64,000 nt of DNA from an uncultured Verrucomicrobiae bacterium (GCA_963801815.1 CAWDGJ010000002.1:480001-544000), one strand, 5' to 3'; counted from the stretch's first letter, positions 47,866 through 57,948 are shown. The notes: generated by a model from the letters alone, not told the origin. Translations and numbers: made by a program.

Positions 47866-49068
47866 ATGTCGCGCCGTTACATTTTTTCCTCCGAATCCGT
47901 TGGCGAAGGTCACCCCGACAAAGTTTGCGACACCATCTCTGACGCAGTGCTCGACGCCTGCCTCAGGCAGGACCGGAACAGTCGCGTCGCGTGCGAAACT
48001 TACGCAAAGTCGAACATCGTCATCGTCGGCGGCGAGATCACGATACCAAACCTGCACCCGGACAAACCGCTCGAGAGTGTGATCCCGATTTCGAAAATCG
48101 TGCGCGATACCGTGCGCGAAATCGGTTACGTGAACGACGACGATGTTTTTCACGCTGACAAGATCGCGATCCAAAACATTCTCACAAAACAATCGCCCGA
48201 TATCGCGCAAGGCGTGGACGCGCGCGCCGCGGAAGGAAAAGAAACGGCCGAACAAGGCGCCGGCGATCAGGGACTGATGTTCGGCTTCGCCTGCGACGAA
48301 ACGCCCGAGCTGATGCCGGCACCGATCATGTTCGCACATCGCCTTGGTCGCGAGCTCACGCGTATCCGCAAGAGCGGCAAAGTCGGCTGGCTCCGGCCGG
48401 ATGCGAAGTCGCAGGTCTCCGTCATTTACGAAGACGGCAAACCGATCGGCATCTCGTACGTAGTGATTTCAACTCAGCACACCCGCGACGTAAAACATTC
48501 CGAGATCCGCAGTTTCGTCATCGAGGAAATTATCAAGAAAGTCTTGCCGAAGGAGATGTTGAACGACGACACGCAATTTCTCATGAACCCGACCGGCAAC
48601 TTCGTGGTCGGCGGACCACAAGGCGACACTGGCCTGACTGGCCGCAAAATCATTGTCGATAGCTACGGCGGCATGGGCCGCCACGGCGGCGGCGCTTTTT
48701 CAGGGAAGGATCCGAGCAAAGTTGATCGCAGCGCGGCTTACATGGGACGCTGGGTCGCGAAGAACGTGGTGGCAGCCGGACTCGCTTCGAAATGCGAAGT
48801 GCAATTCGCCTACGCGATCGGTCATCCCAAGCCGCTCAGCGTTCACATCGACACGTTCGGCACCCATACCGTCGATGAAGAAGCGATCGAGCGCGCAGTT
48901 CTTGGCACATTCAGCTTCAAACCGGCCGACATCATCAGACAGCTCGACTTGCTTCGCCCGATTTATTCGAAGACCACGAACTACGGCCACTTCGGCAAAA
49001 TCGACGACCCCGATATCACCTGGGAGAAAGCGGACAAAGCAGACGCGCTGAAGAAAGCCGCGACATAA
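47866..49068 (+). CDS. metK: S-adenosylmethionine synthetase
   Basis: Motifs [24 protein letters not shown] and GGGAFSGKD. Confidence 0.98.
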   Translation: MSRRYIFSSESVGEGHPDKVCDTISDAVLDACLRQDRNSRVACETYAKSNIVIVGGEITIPNLHPDKPLESVIPISKIVRDTVREIGYVNDDDVFHADKIAIQNILTKQSPDIAQGVDARAAEGKETAEQGAGDQGLMFGFACDETPELMPAPIMFAHRLGRELTRIRKSGKVGWLRPDAKSQVSVIYEDGKPIGISYVVISTQHTRDVKHSEIRSFVIEEIIKKVLPKEMLNDDTQFLMNPTGNFVVGGPQGDTGLTGRKIIVDSYGGMGRHGGGAFSGKDPSKVDRSAAYMGRWVAKNVVAAGLASKCEVQFAYAIGHPKPLSVHIDTFGTHTVDEEAIERAVLGTFSFKPADIIRQLDLLRPIYSKTTNYGHFGKIDDPDITWEKADKADALKKAAT

Positions 49069-49072
49069 TTTT

Positions 49073-50507
49073 ATGAGCACAACAACGACCGAACCGAAAA
49101 CAAAGCAGAATTACAAAGTCGCCGATATTTCGCTGGCCGACTTTGGTCGCAAGGAGATTTCGATCGCGGAACAAGAAATGCCCGGACTGATGGCAATCCG
49201 CGAAAAGTACGCGCCGCAAAAGCCACTCGCCGGTGTTCGCATCACCGGTTCGTTGCACATGACGATCCAGACCGCGGTGTTGATCGAAACGCTTGTCGAC
49301 CTTGGCGCGACCGTGCGCTGGGCGTCCTGCAATATTTTCTCTACGCAAGACCACGCTGCGGCAGCAATCGCTAAGGCCGGCATCCCGGTGTTCGCTTGGA
49401 AAGGTGAATCGCTCGAGGATTATTGGTGGTGCACTTATCGCGCGCTTTCGCACCCTGACGGCAAGGGCCCGCAGTTGATCGTCGATGATGGCGGCGACGC
49501 GACGCTGCTCATTCACAAAGGTTACGAGCTCGAAGAAGGCAGCGATTGGGCAAAATCAACATCGGCGAACAAGGAAGAGCAGGTCATCAAGGATTTGTTG
49601 CTGGAAGTGCAGCGCGAGAATCCATATCGCTGGCACGAGATCGCGAAGGAGTGGCGTGGTGTTTCTGAGGAAACGACCACCGGCGTGCATCGCCTTTACA
49701 AAATGGCGCAGGAAAACCGTCTGCTTGTTCCCGCGATCAACGTCAACGATTCCGTCACCAAATCGAAGTTCGACAATCTCTACGGCTGCCGGCATTCGCT
49801 GGTCGACGGACTGAATCGCGCGCTCGATGTGATGATCGCCGGCAAAGTCGCGGTTATCTGCGGTTACGGCGACGTCGGCAAAGGCTGCGCGCAATCGCTG
49901 CGTGGTCAAGGGCGCGCGCGTCGTCATCACCGAAATCGATCCGATCAACGCCCTGCAAGCAGCGATGGAAGGTTACGAAGTTACGACCATCGAAAACACG
50001 CTCGGCCGCGGCGACATTTATATCAGCGCGACCGGCAACACCGACGTGATCACGTTCGAGCACATGCAGAAAATGAAAGACCAGGCCGTCGTCGGTAACA
50101 TCGGTCACTTCGACAACGAGATTCAGGTCGACGCGTTGAACAACGCCAGCGGCGTGAAGAGAACGAACATCAAACCGCAGGTCGACAAATACACGTTTCC
50201 CGACGGACACGAGATTTTCCTGCTGTCGGAGGGCCGATTGTTAAATCTTGGCAATGCGACGGGTCATCCGAGCTTCGTGATGTCGAATTCATTTTCGAAC
50301 CAGGTGCTCGCCCAGCTCGATCTCTGGAAGAACCGCGACACTTACAAGCCCGGCGTTTACGTTTTGTCCAAGAAGCTCGACGAAGAAGTCGCGCGCCTGC
50401 ATTTGAATAAGATCGGCGTGAAACTCACCAAGCTCACCGAGAAGCAAGCCGATTATCTCGGTGTGCCGCTCGACGGCCCGTTCAAGTCAGAACATTACCG
50501 CTACTAG
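49073..50507 (+). CDS. ahcY: Adenosylhomocysteinase (+1 frameshift near 49910)
   Basis: Motifs [34 protein letters not shown], then NIGHFD and [10 protein letters not shown]. Confidence 0.97.
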
Positions 50508-50517
50508 ATCGAGCTCA

Positions 50518-51240
50518 TCACGCGGTGGCAGCGGTCAGTTTTCGTTTCCTGACTCTAAGGTTGAGCATCTCGACGAAGACCGAGAAGCTCATCGCAAAAT
50601 AGGTGTAACCCTTGGGAATGTGAAACCCGAGGCCATCACCGATAAGGTTCACGCCGATGAGCAAAAGAAAACTGAGCGCGAGCATCTTCAACGTTGGATG
50701 GCGGTCAACAAATCGGCTGATAATTCCGGCAAAGAACATCATCACCCCGACCGCGAGCATTACCGCGGCGATCATCACGGCGATTTGATCAACCATACCG
50801 ACGGCGGTAATCACCGAGTCGAGCGAGAAGACAATGTCGAGCGCCAGGATTTGCACCAGGACTCCGGCAAATGATGCCCGAGCACGCGCGACCCCATGTT
50901 CGTCATCTTCCTCGAGGCGCAAATGAATCTCCCGCGTGCTTTTCGCGATCAAGAACAAGCCGCCGGCAATCAGAATTAGCTCCCGGCCGGTAATATCGAC
51001 CCTGGAGATTGAGAACAACGGTTCAGTCAATCCCATGACCCAGGTGAGCGACAGCAGCAGCAGAATTCGGGAGATTGCCGCGAGCGCAAGGCCCGTTCGG
51101 CGCGCGCGGTCCTGCTGCGCCCCCGGCAATTTGCCGGCAACGATCGAAATAAAAATAACGTTGTCGATTCCGAGAACGATCTCGAGCACAGTGAGCGTGA
51201 GTAGACCTATCCATGCCTGCGGACTAGTCAGCCATTCCAT
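50518..51240 (-). CDS. TerC family membrane protein
   Basis: Motifs LEIVLGIDN, GGLFL..K and DIVFSLDSVITAVG. Confidence 0.93.
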   Translation of the reverse strand: MEWLTSPQAWIGLLTLTVLEIVLGIDNVIFISIVAGKLPGAQQDRARRTGLALAAISRILLLLSLTWVMGLTEPLFSISRVDITGRELILIAGGLFLIAKSTREIHLRLEEDDEHGVARARASFAGVLVQILALDIVFSLDSVITAVGMVDQIAVMIAAVMLAVGVMMFFAGIISRFVDRHPTLKMLALSFLLLIGVNLIGDGLGFHIPKGYTYFAMSFSVFVEMLNLRVRKRKLTAATA

Positions 51241-51291
51241 ATTTACCTCCAATCAATCGTCGACAGCCCTGTAGTCGGACAGGAGTCGCGA

Positions 51292-51687
51292 TTACCAGAA
51301 CGATTTCTGAATTGCTTCGACTTGTGTCGCTTCGATGTAAGTGCAATCCGGCGTTTTGCCGCGTCGCCATCTGCCGACGACTCGGACATTGCGGTGGGAA
51401 CGAACGGCATCCTTCAGAATTTCTGATTGATGCCACGGCGCGGCCAGCGAGATCGATTTTGATCCGTTGTGAAAGACGAACACGACTTGCGATGCGCACG
51501 ATTCGCCCGGATACAAGGTGACTGTTCCGACCTCATCGAATTCGCCGCCGGCTCGGACCGCGCTCGGTCGAAACGCCACAGGCTTGACCCTTTCCGGTTC
51601 CCCGCAACTCGCGAACGCGAGCACGATCAAGAAGAATAACCCGCAGCGTGAGACGAATTTCAATCTGTTAACTGAGGGCGGGTCCAT
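51292..51687 (-). CDS. Hypothetical lipoprotein
   Basis: Lipobox-like FASC after a hydrophobic stretch; start uncertain. Confidence 0.6.
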   Translation of the reverse strand: MDPPSVNRLKFVSRCGLFFLIVLAFASCGEPERVKPVAFRPSAVRAGGEFDEVGTVTLYPGESCASQVVFVFHNGSKSISLAAPWHQSEILKDAVRSHRNVRVVGRWRRGKTPDCTYIEATQVEAIQKSFW

Positions 51688-51709
51688 CGGCACTTGTGAT
51701 GAAAATCGG

Positions 51710-52369
51710 TCAGCTGATGCTCGCCGTGACCGCATCGCTTGATTGTCCAACCTCTTGGCCGTTCAAAACTGCGCGAGCAGTGTACTTGAGTTCGCCCTTG
51801 CCGGGTGACGTATCGATGGCTGGGGTGCGGAAAAAGAAACCAACTTTCTTCGGAGATTTATCGCCTTTGCCCTGACGATAAAGATTAATCCCAGAAACGC
51901 CGCCGCCCGCTTTGCGAAATGGAATCGTCACGAAGTTTCCTGTCTGCCGCGCGCGGCCGAGCTCGGCTTTGTATTTGGACGCGTCAAATTTCTCGGTGTC
52001 GATCCGAAGTCTCCGCGCAATGCCGGCGTTGAATCTCGGGTGTGCTTTGATTCGCTCGACCCTCGCTTGCCGGCGGGTGTCGATGCCCGGCCGCACCGGA
52101 TTTGGCGCAGTTTCGTCGCTAGGTAGCTTGACATACTCGCTCGAAGACTGGCCGCTCAACACTGCGTTGCCGGCGTGTCCGGGATCGGCGTCGATATCCT
52201 GCCCGAATGCCGTCAAAATGTGAACGGCGTATTTGGAATCGTTCACGGCATTCCCAATCTCAGCGTCGCTGAAGTCCAGATCTTTTCCGGTATTTGGAAA
52301 TTCTTCGGCAAAATTATCGTACCAATCAATCCGACCGGCGCGCTCCGCTGGAAAATAGGATTTGCTCAT
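51710..52369 (-). CDS. Hypothetical protein (helical N-terminus, beta-sandwich-like C-terminus)
   Basis: About 219 aa from MSKSYFPAER; C-terminal GINLYRQ...FFRTPAID...YTARAV...GQSSD. Confidence 0.7.
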   Translation of the reverse strand: MSKSYFPAERAGRIDWYDNFAEEFPNTGKDLDFSDAEIGNAVNDSKYAVHILTAFGQDIDADPGHAGNAVLSGQSSSEYVKLPSDETAPNPVRPGIDTRRQARVERIKAHPRFNAGIARRLRIDTEKFDASKYKAELGRARQTGNFVTIPFRKAGGGVSGINLYRQGKGDKSPKKVGFFFRTPAIDTSPGKGELKYTARAVLNGQEVGQSSDAVTASIS

Positions 52370-52415
52370 CAGGGTAACGTTCCTGCGGATCGTTGTACCG
52401 GATCGAGTCGTATCG

Positions 52416-53030
52416 TCAATTCCGTTCGCGGTGCATGGCGATGAATCGACCGAGAGCGCGACTTTCATCATCCGGCGCTGCCTGCAGATTACGCAACATT
52501 TTCTCCTGGTCTTCGCGAGAACGGTTCTGGCCAAGCTTGAACTTCGCCTCGACGCGAACGGCCTCGATCCTGAAGCCGACGATCGCCTTCAGCATCGCCG
52601 CGGTTTCCTGTTCCGATAAAGGAATCTTCCAAGGGGCCGGCATTGTTGATTCAAACTTCTCCGTCGTATCGACCACGATTTGCTTCAATTCGGCTTCGTC
52701 GACCAGCGACGGTTTTCCGTAAACGTGGACGACCGCATAATTCCAGGTCGGCACGGTATGCTGCTGTTCGTACCACGACGGCGAGATATAAGCGTGCGGT
52801 CCATGAAAAATGCAAAGCACTTCGCCACCGTCAGCAAATTGCTTCCATTGTCTGTTTGCGCGCGCCATGTGACTGCGCAGAGTGTTCGCCTGCTCATCGA
52901 ACAACACAGGTAAGTGACTCGCGACAGTTTCTCCGCCGGCGTTTGAGATTAGCGTCGCAAAGCCGTGTGCCTGAATAAACGCGTTGATCGTTTCACGATC
53001 TTCGATGCGGTTCGGAGTCGGGATGTACAT
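52416..53030 (-). CDS. PaiB-family FMN-binding protein
   Basis: Motifs MYIP, SHLP, HMARAN, GPHAYISPSWY, VPTWNY and KFKLGQNR. Confidence 0.92.
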   Translation of the reverse strand: MYIPTPNRIEDRETINAFIQAHGFATLISNAGGETVASHLPVLFDEQANTLRSHMARANRQWKQFADGGEVLCIFHGPHAYISPSWYEQQHTVPTWNYAVVHVYGKPSLVDEAELKQIVVDTTEKFESTMPAPWKIPLSEQETAAMLKAIVGFRIEAVRVEAKFKLGQNRSREDQEKMLRNLQAAPDDESRALGRFIAMHRERN

Positions 53031-53040
53031 TTTTTCAAAG

Positions 53041-53118
53041 TGACAAGTGACCAATGACCAATGACAAGTAAAGAATTACTAGTCTGAAAACTTGTCACGT
53101 GTCACTCATCACTTGTCG
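53041..53118. repeat. Palindrome built from 7-bp tandem units
   Basis: TGACAAG TGACCAA TGACCAA TGACAAG ... CTTGTCA CGTGTCA CTCATCA CTTGTCG. Confidence 0.85.
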
Positions 53119-53124
53119 CCACTC

Positions 53125-54420
53125 ATGAGAAACCGCCAGGCCGCCCTCATTTTCATTCTGGTCACGGTGACGCTCGACATCCTGGCGATGGGTTTAATCA
53201 TCCCGGTCCTGCCGAAGTTGATTCTCGATTTTCTCGGCGGCCGGATGACCGATGCCGCGACCTGGAGCGCGCGTTTCGCCGTTGTGTTCGCCTTGATGCA
53301 GTTTGTCTTTTCACCGGTGCTCGGCGTTTTGTCCGACCGTTTCGGAAGGCGGCCGATCATCTTGTTGTCGAATCTTGGCCTCGGGCTGGACTATGTCGTA
53401 ATGGCAGTATCGCCAACGATCGGCTGGCTTTTTCTTGGGCGCATCATTTCCGGAATCACCACCTCGAGCATTCCAACGGCAATGGCCTACATCGCAGACG
53501 TGACACCAAAAGAGAAGCGCGCCGGTGCGTATGGAATGATCGGCGTCGCGTTTGGCGTGGGATTCACATTTGGACCGGCGATTGGTGGTTTGGTCGGCGA
53601 CGTCAATCCGCGTCTCGCGTTTTGGGTCGCGGCTGGTTTGAGTCTGGCCAACTGGCTTTGGGGATTTTTGTTCGTACCGGAGTCGCTCGCTCAGGAACAG
53701 CGGAAGGCATTCTCGTTGCGACGCGCCAATCCAGTCGGTTCACTGGTCTTGTTGCGTTCACATCACGAGCTGTGGCGATTGGCCACGATCCAGTTTCTCG
53801 CTTACACCGCGCACAACGTTTTCAGCGTTTGGGCGCTCTACGCGATTTATCGATACGCCTGGAACCAGAAGTGGATCGGGCTTTCGCTGATGGTGGTCGG
53901 AATTTGCACCGCCGCCATCTCGGGCGGCTTAACCGGTCGAGTCGTAAAACTTTGGGGCGAGAAGCGAACGCTTTACACAGGTCAATTCTTCGGCGCTGTC
54001 GGAATGTTCGTGGCTGGGTTGGCCCGCAATAGCGCAACTTATCTCGCGTCGATTCCGATCATTTCGCTTTGGAACATCGCGATGCCGGCCGCGCAATCGA
54101 TGATGACCCATCGCGTTAGCGAAAAAGAACAAGGCGAACTCCAAGGCGCGATCCAAAGCATGCGCTCGATCACTTTCATTATCGGGCCGTGGGTTTTTCT
54201 GAAAGTTTTTGGCTGGTTCATTAATCCCAAGCATTCCGTACACGTCCCGGGCGCGCCTTACTATCTGGCCGCCGCGCTTCTCTTCACGGCGATGTTGATG
54301 TCGACTCAAATCAAGCAAGCTCCCGCGGTTTCAGCTGGCGCGGTTAGTGAGACGCCGGAAACCCCTCCCGAAATTGCCGCGACTGGCGCCGCACCGATTG
54401 CATCGCAAGAAAACATTTGA
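53125..54420 (+). CDS. TCR/Tet-family MFS transporter
   Basis: Motifs GLIIPVLP, SDRFGRRP, GRIISGI, AYIADVT, GPAIGG and EQGELQG. Confidence 0.92.
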   Translation: MRNRQAALIFILVTVTLDILAMGLIIPVLPKLILDFLGGRMTDAATWSARFAVVFALMQFVFSPVLGVLSDRFGRRPIILLSNLGLGLDYVVMAVSPTIGWLFLGRIISGITTSSIPTAMAYIADVTPKEKRAGAYGMIGVAFGVGFTFGPAIGGLVGDVNPRLAFWVAAGLSLANWLWGFLFVPESLAQEQRKAFSLRRANPVGSLVLLRSHHELWRLATIQFLAYTAHNVFSVWALYAIYRYAWNQKWIGLSLMVVGICTAAISGGLTGRVVKLWGEKRTLYTGQFFGAVGMFVAGLARNSATYLASIPIISLWNIAMPAAQSMMTHRVSEKEQGELQGAIQSMRSITFIIGPWVFLKVFGWFINPKHSVHVPGAPYYLAAALLFTAMLMSTQIKQAPAVSAGAVSETPETPPEIAATGAAPIASQENI

Positions 54421-54451
54421 GGAATCACCGGGCGTCGGCGATTAAATCGGC

Positions 54452-54850
54452 GTGAGAGTGGCTGCGCGTTGCCTGATTACCGCGATTGTGATTTCTTCGT
54501 GGATCGCGATTTCCAACCATTGCGCGATCAGCGCGGTTGCGGCCAAAACGAAAACCACGCAAAGCAGCTGCCCGTTTCATTCCAGACCGGCAACACCTTC
54601 ACCCAAGTCGAGCGGATCCGAGTGCTGCAAGAATCTGCGCGCGATCACTCCAACGCCGGCAAATAACCTCGCGCCGGCAATTATCGATCTTCTTCCGATC
54701 GATTCAGGACTCCATCGACTCGCGGTTTTGAGGACGGCGCAGACTTTTTCCCTCGAGCTCGCGGCACTCGATACCGGACCGCCTGGAAGGACTTCCTTTG
54801 CTGAATTGAATCAGAGCCTGCGCGCGCACGCTCCCCCATTTTCCGCCTAA
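54452..54850 (+). CDS. Small exported Cys/His protein (DUF2946-like)
   Basis: Motifs SNHC, CPFH, ECC and C-terminal RAHAPP; lies directly upstream of a metal-binding gene. Confidence 0.7.
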   Translation: MRVAARCLITAIVISSWIAISNHCAISAVAAKTKTTQSSCPFHSRPATPSPKSSGSECCKNLRAITPTPANNLAPAIIDLLPIDSGLHRLAVLRTAQTFSLELAALDTGPPGRTSFAELNQSLRAHAPPFSA

Positions 54851-54875
54851 CACGATCCGAATCGCGGATTTTTCG

Positions 54876-54937
54876 CTGTGGTGGCAGGCGTCTCGCCTGC
54901 ATTCGCCAAATCGCAGCCGGCACGGCTGCCGCTACAG
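54876..54937. repeat. REP-like double-hairpin element
   Basis: CTGTGGTGGCAGGCG-tct-CGCCTGC...GCAGCCG-gca-CGGCTGCCGCTACAG. Confidence 0.85.
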
Positions 54938-54941
54938 ATTA

Positions 54942-56474
54942 ATGACACGACGAATTTTAATTTTGATCGCGAACGCAATAACCTTCGCGGCCATTGCTCA
55001 GGCAGGGGCGATTGACCCCAATCGCCCGCCACCCAAGCACCAGCTCTATACCTGCCGGATGCACCCCGAAGTGGTGCGCACCGAACCGGGTCACTGTCCA
55101 AAATGCGGAATGACACTGGTGCCCCTCCGGGAGGCGGTTCAACGAACCGCCATCGGGCGATTGGGTCAACCGCCGCTACCTGCCGACAAAGAGCGCGCGA
55201 CGCGCGATGCGAACAGCAACGCGCTGCCGATGCACGAACACGCCAATCACGAAATGGAAATGAAATCGTCAATCAACGTCGTCGATCCAATGAATCGCGA
55301 AGGCTCTGGCACAAGTTGGTTGCCCGATTCGTCACCAATATACGGGCACATGTTCATGTTTGGCGATGACATGCTCATGTTTCACGGCGCAATTTTCCCT
55401 CGCTACACCAACGTAAGCAGCGATCGCGGCGATGATCGGGTCGATTCACCGAACTGGATCATGGCGATGTATTCGCATCCATTCAGCGACGCGACCCAAC
55501 TCGGCCTCCGCGCCATGATGAGTCTCGATCCGCTAACGGAAGGCGGCCGCGGTTATCCGTTGTTATTGCAAAGCGGTGAATCGTGGCACGACCAACCGTT
55601 GCATGATCGACAACATCCGCACGACTTGTTCGACGAACTTTCCTTTTCGCTTTCTCAAAAATTCAACGGCGACGTCAGCGGCTACGTTTATTTCGGTTAT
55701 CCGGGCGAACCGGCACTCGGCCCCCCAACATTCATGCATCGGCCGAGCGGGATGGATGATCCGGACGCCCCGATCGGGCATCATTGGCAGGACTCAACGC
55801 ACGTGACGTTCGGTGTTGCGACTGCGGGGATGCAATGGAACACCGTGAAAGTCGAAGGAAGCATTTTTACCGGACGCGAACCGGATGAAGACCGTTACGA
55901 CTTCGATCGACCGCGTTTTGATTCCTTCAGCGGTCGAATTTCGTGGAACCCGACGTCAGACATCGCCCTTCAAATTTCCCACGCCTACATCAAGAGCCCG
56001 GAAGCGCTGGAGCCAGACTTGAAGCGTCATCGCACGACGGCATCACTCATATATAATAAGAGGCTCGGACCGGACTCGAATTGGGCGACGTCGCTGGTAT
56101 GGGGACAAAACGACGACACTCATGAGGACAAAACGGAATCCGTGCTGCTGGAGAGCGATTACCAGCGAGAGCGCAATACTTTTTATGGACGCTGGGAATG
56201 GGTTGAGAAATCAGGACAAGAGCTCGTGCTCGCGCCAGTCGATCAGGCCGAAATTGTTTCCATCAACGCGCTTTCAGTCGGCTATGTGCGGGATCTTTCG
56301 CACGGTAACAACATCAACGTTGGCCTTGGCGGACAATTCACCGTTGATTTGTGGCCAGGCGAGCTTGATCGCTACTACGGCGGCGGTCCCGGTTACGGAT
56401 TCCAAGTTTTCCTGCGCATTAGACCGTCCGGACACGAGCATGCGGACCGGGAACGTCCCGCCGAGATGAAATAG
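54942..56474 (+). CDS. Heavy-metal-binding-domain outer-membrane beta-barrel-like protein (copper-related)
   Basis: Signal peptide, YTCRMHP...CPKCGM, His/Met-rich linker, GSGTSWLP, DRQHPHDLF, HHWQDSTH, and an amphipathic C-terminal strand. Confidence 0.8.
   Translation: MTRRILILIANAITFAAIAQAGAIDPNRPPPKHQLYTCRMHPEVVRTEPGHCPKCGMTLVPLREAVQRTAIGRLGQPPLPADKERATRDANSNALPMHEHANHEMEMKSSINVVDPMNREGSGTSWLPDSSPIYGHMFMFGDDMLMFHGAIFPRYTNVSSDRGDDRVDSPNWIMAMYSHPFSDATQLGLRAMMSLDPLTEGGRGYPLLLQSGESWHDQPLHDRQHPHDLFDELSFSLSQKFNGDVSGYVYFGYPGEPALGPPTFMHRPSGMDDPDAPIGHHWQDSTHVTFGVATAGMQWNTVKVEGSIFTGREPDEDRYDFDRPRFDSFSGRISWNPTSDIALQISHAYIKSPEALEPDLKRHRTTASLIYNKRLGPDSNWATSLVWGQNDDTHEDKTESVLLESDYQRERNTFYGRWEWVEKSGQELVLAPVDQAEIVSINALSVGYVRDLSHGNNINVGLGGQFTVDLWPGELDRYYGGGPGYGFQVFLRIRPSGHEHADRERPAEMK
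55129..55180. repeat. REP-like double hairpin in-frame in the metal-binding gene
   Basis: GGCGGTTC-aac-GAACCGCC and GGCGATTG-ggt-CAACCGCC-GCTACC; encodes EAVQRTAIGRLGQPPLP. Confidence 0.7.
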
Positions 56475-56482
56475 CGAGACGA

Positions 56483-56695
56483 TCAGCCACCGAGCTTGGC
56501 AATGATTCCGTCTAAAATTCGACTCAGCGCCACCAGCGCCACCGAGCAAAAGATTCCCTTCGCCAGAATGTACCAGGCGATTGCTTCGTTCTCGAACTTA
56601 GCTTCGAAGACTTTGTTCCCGAGCAGAAATGCGTAGACGCAGATAACGAGAACAACCAGGGCGGCAGGCATGGCGACTGACTTTATTGATTTCAT
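56483..56695 (-). CDS. Small two-TM membrane protein
   Basis: 70 aa with two hydrophobic helices; fits the gap between genes. Confidence 0.65.
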   Translation of the reverse strand: MKSIKSVAMPAALVVLVICVYAFLLGNKVFEAKFENEAIAWYILAKGIFCSVALVALSRILDGIIAKLGG

Positions 56696-56764
56696 AGGCA
56701 GGACGTTTATTGGCTACAGTTCGTTAGCCGAAGCCGAAACTTTCAAAATTTCTGAACTCGGGCG

Positions 56765-56828
56765 CTGTAACGGCAGGCGTCTCACCTGCAAATTTTAAGA
56801 CTGCAGCCGGGGACGGCTGCTACCACAG
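56765..56828. repeat. REP-like double-hairpin element (same family as 54876-54937)
   Basis: CTGTAACGGCAGGCGTCTCACCTGC...GCAGCCGGGGACGGCTGCTACCACAG. Confidence 0.85.
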
Positions 56829-56881
56829 AAGAGATAACGCGGTTGTCATTGGACACGACTGTGAGAAAATTAGCGCCCGTC

Positions 56882-57946
56882 ATGCATCGCCTCCCAAAAA
56901 TCAGTTATCACGACATCGAACGCATTATTGAGTTCGATTTCGTCCGCGCGACCGAGGCCGCGGCGCTGAACTCGCTCCGCTGGCTTGGGCGCGGCGACAA
57001 GGAATCGGCCGATGCCGCCGCCTGCGACGCGATGCGCGGAATGTTCGATCTTATGAACATTTGCGGCGAGGTCGTGATCGGCGAAGGCATCAAGGACGAC
57101 GCGCCCGGAATTTTCAAGGGCGAACAACTCGGCACCTGGTTGCCCGGCGCGCCGCAGTTCGATATCGCGATCGATCCGATCGACGGCACCACCAACATTT
57201 CCAAAGGCGCGCCGAACTCGATCAGTTGTATCGCGGCGGCGAGCCCGGAAGAGGGAGTGAAAGTCGCGCTGCGCGATATTCCGTCGTTTTACATGTCGAA
57301 ACTGGCCTACGGACCGCGAGTGATCGATTACATGAAGAAACGCGGCGACTCGCTCCACATCGACATGCCGATTTCCGAAATGCTGGCGATCGTCGCGCGC
57401 GCAACCGATAAACGCGTCCAGGATGTCGTCGTCATGATGCTCGACCGGCCGCGGCACAAGGAAATCGTCGAACAAATTCGCGCATGCGGCGCTTCGCTGC
57501 GCATGATCGGCGACGGCGACATCGCCGCGGCCATGGCGCCGTCGTTGCCGGAGAGCGAGATCGATCTTTACATGGGTATCGGCGGTTCGCCGGAAGCGGT
57601 GCTGGCCGCGGCCGGTATCAAGTGTCTCGGCGGCGAAATGCAGTGCAAGATGTGGCCGCGCGACGACAAGGAAAAGAAACAGCTCATTGCGGACGGTTGG
57701 GAAAAGGATCTGGGCCGCGTTTACTTCGCCGACGATCTCGCCCACGGCGAGAACATTATTTTTTGCGCGACAGGTATCAGCGATAGCGCCTTGCTGCGCG
57801 GCGTGAAAACGAAGGGCACCACTGCGACTACCCATTCGATTTTGATGCGGGCCAAAAGCAAAACCGTTCGGTTGATTCGGACGCTTCACAATTTGCAGAA
57901 CAAGACGATCCGGCTCCGCTCCGACAATCGCGAGCATCTGATTTGA
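56882..57946 (+). CDS. glpX: Class II fructose-1,6-bisphosphatase
   Basis: Motifs VRATEAAA, GRGDK, VIGEG, DPIDGT, DRPRH, GDGD, GGSPE and ATGI. Confidence 0.95.
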   Translation: MHRLPKISYHDIERIIEFDFVRATEAAALNSLRWLGRGDKESADAAACDAMRGMFDLMNICGEVVIGEGIKDDAPGIFKGEQLGTWLPGAPQFDIAIDPIDGTTNISKGAPNSISCIAAASPEEGVKVALRDIPSFYMSKLAYGPRVIDYMKKRGDSLHIDMPISEMLAIVARATDKRVQDVVVMMLDRPRHKEIVEQIRACGASLRMIGDGDIAAAMAPSLPESEIDLYMGIGGSPEAVLAAAGIKCLGGEMQCKMWPRDDKEKKQLIADGWEKDLGRVYFADDLAHGENIIFCATGISDSALLRGVKTKGTTATTHSILMRAKSKTVRLIRTLHNLQNKTIRLRSDNREHLI

Positions 57947-57948
57947 CG

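Noticed and set aside
53041..53118. Short repeat arrays as CRISPR
   Set aside because: Units are 6-9 bp, tandem and inverted, with no unique spacers and no cas genes.
53125..54420. Acquired tetracycline-resistance gene
   Set aside because: Generic TCR-family MFS with no tetR or mobile-element context; substrate cannot be inferred.
56870..57937. 355-aa antisense ORF opposite glpX (likewise 46787-47659, 43352-44269, 23169-23903, 33253-34005, 39012-39758)
   Set aside because: Shadow ORFs on the reverse strand of well-supported GC-rich genes, with no recognisable motifs.
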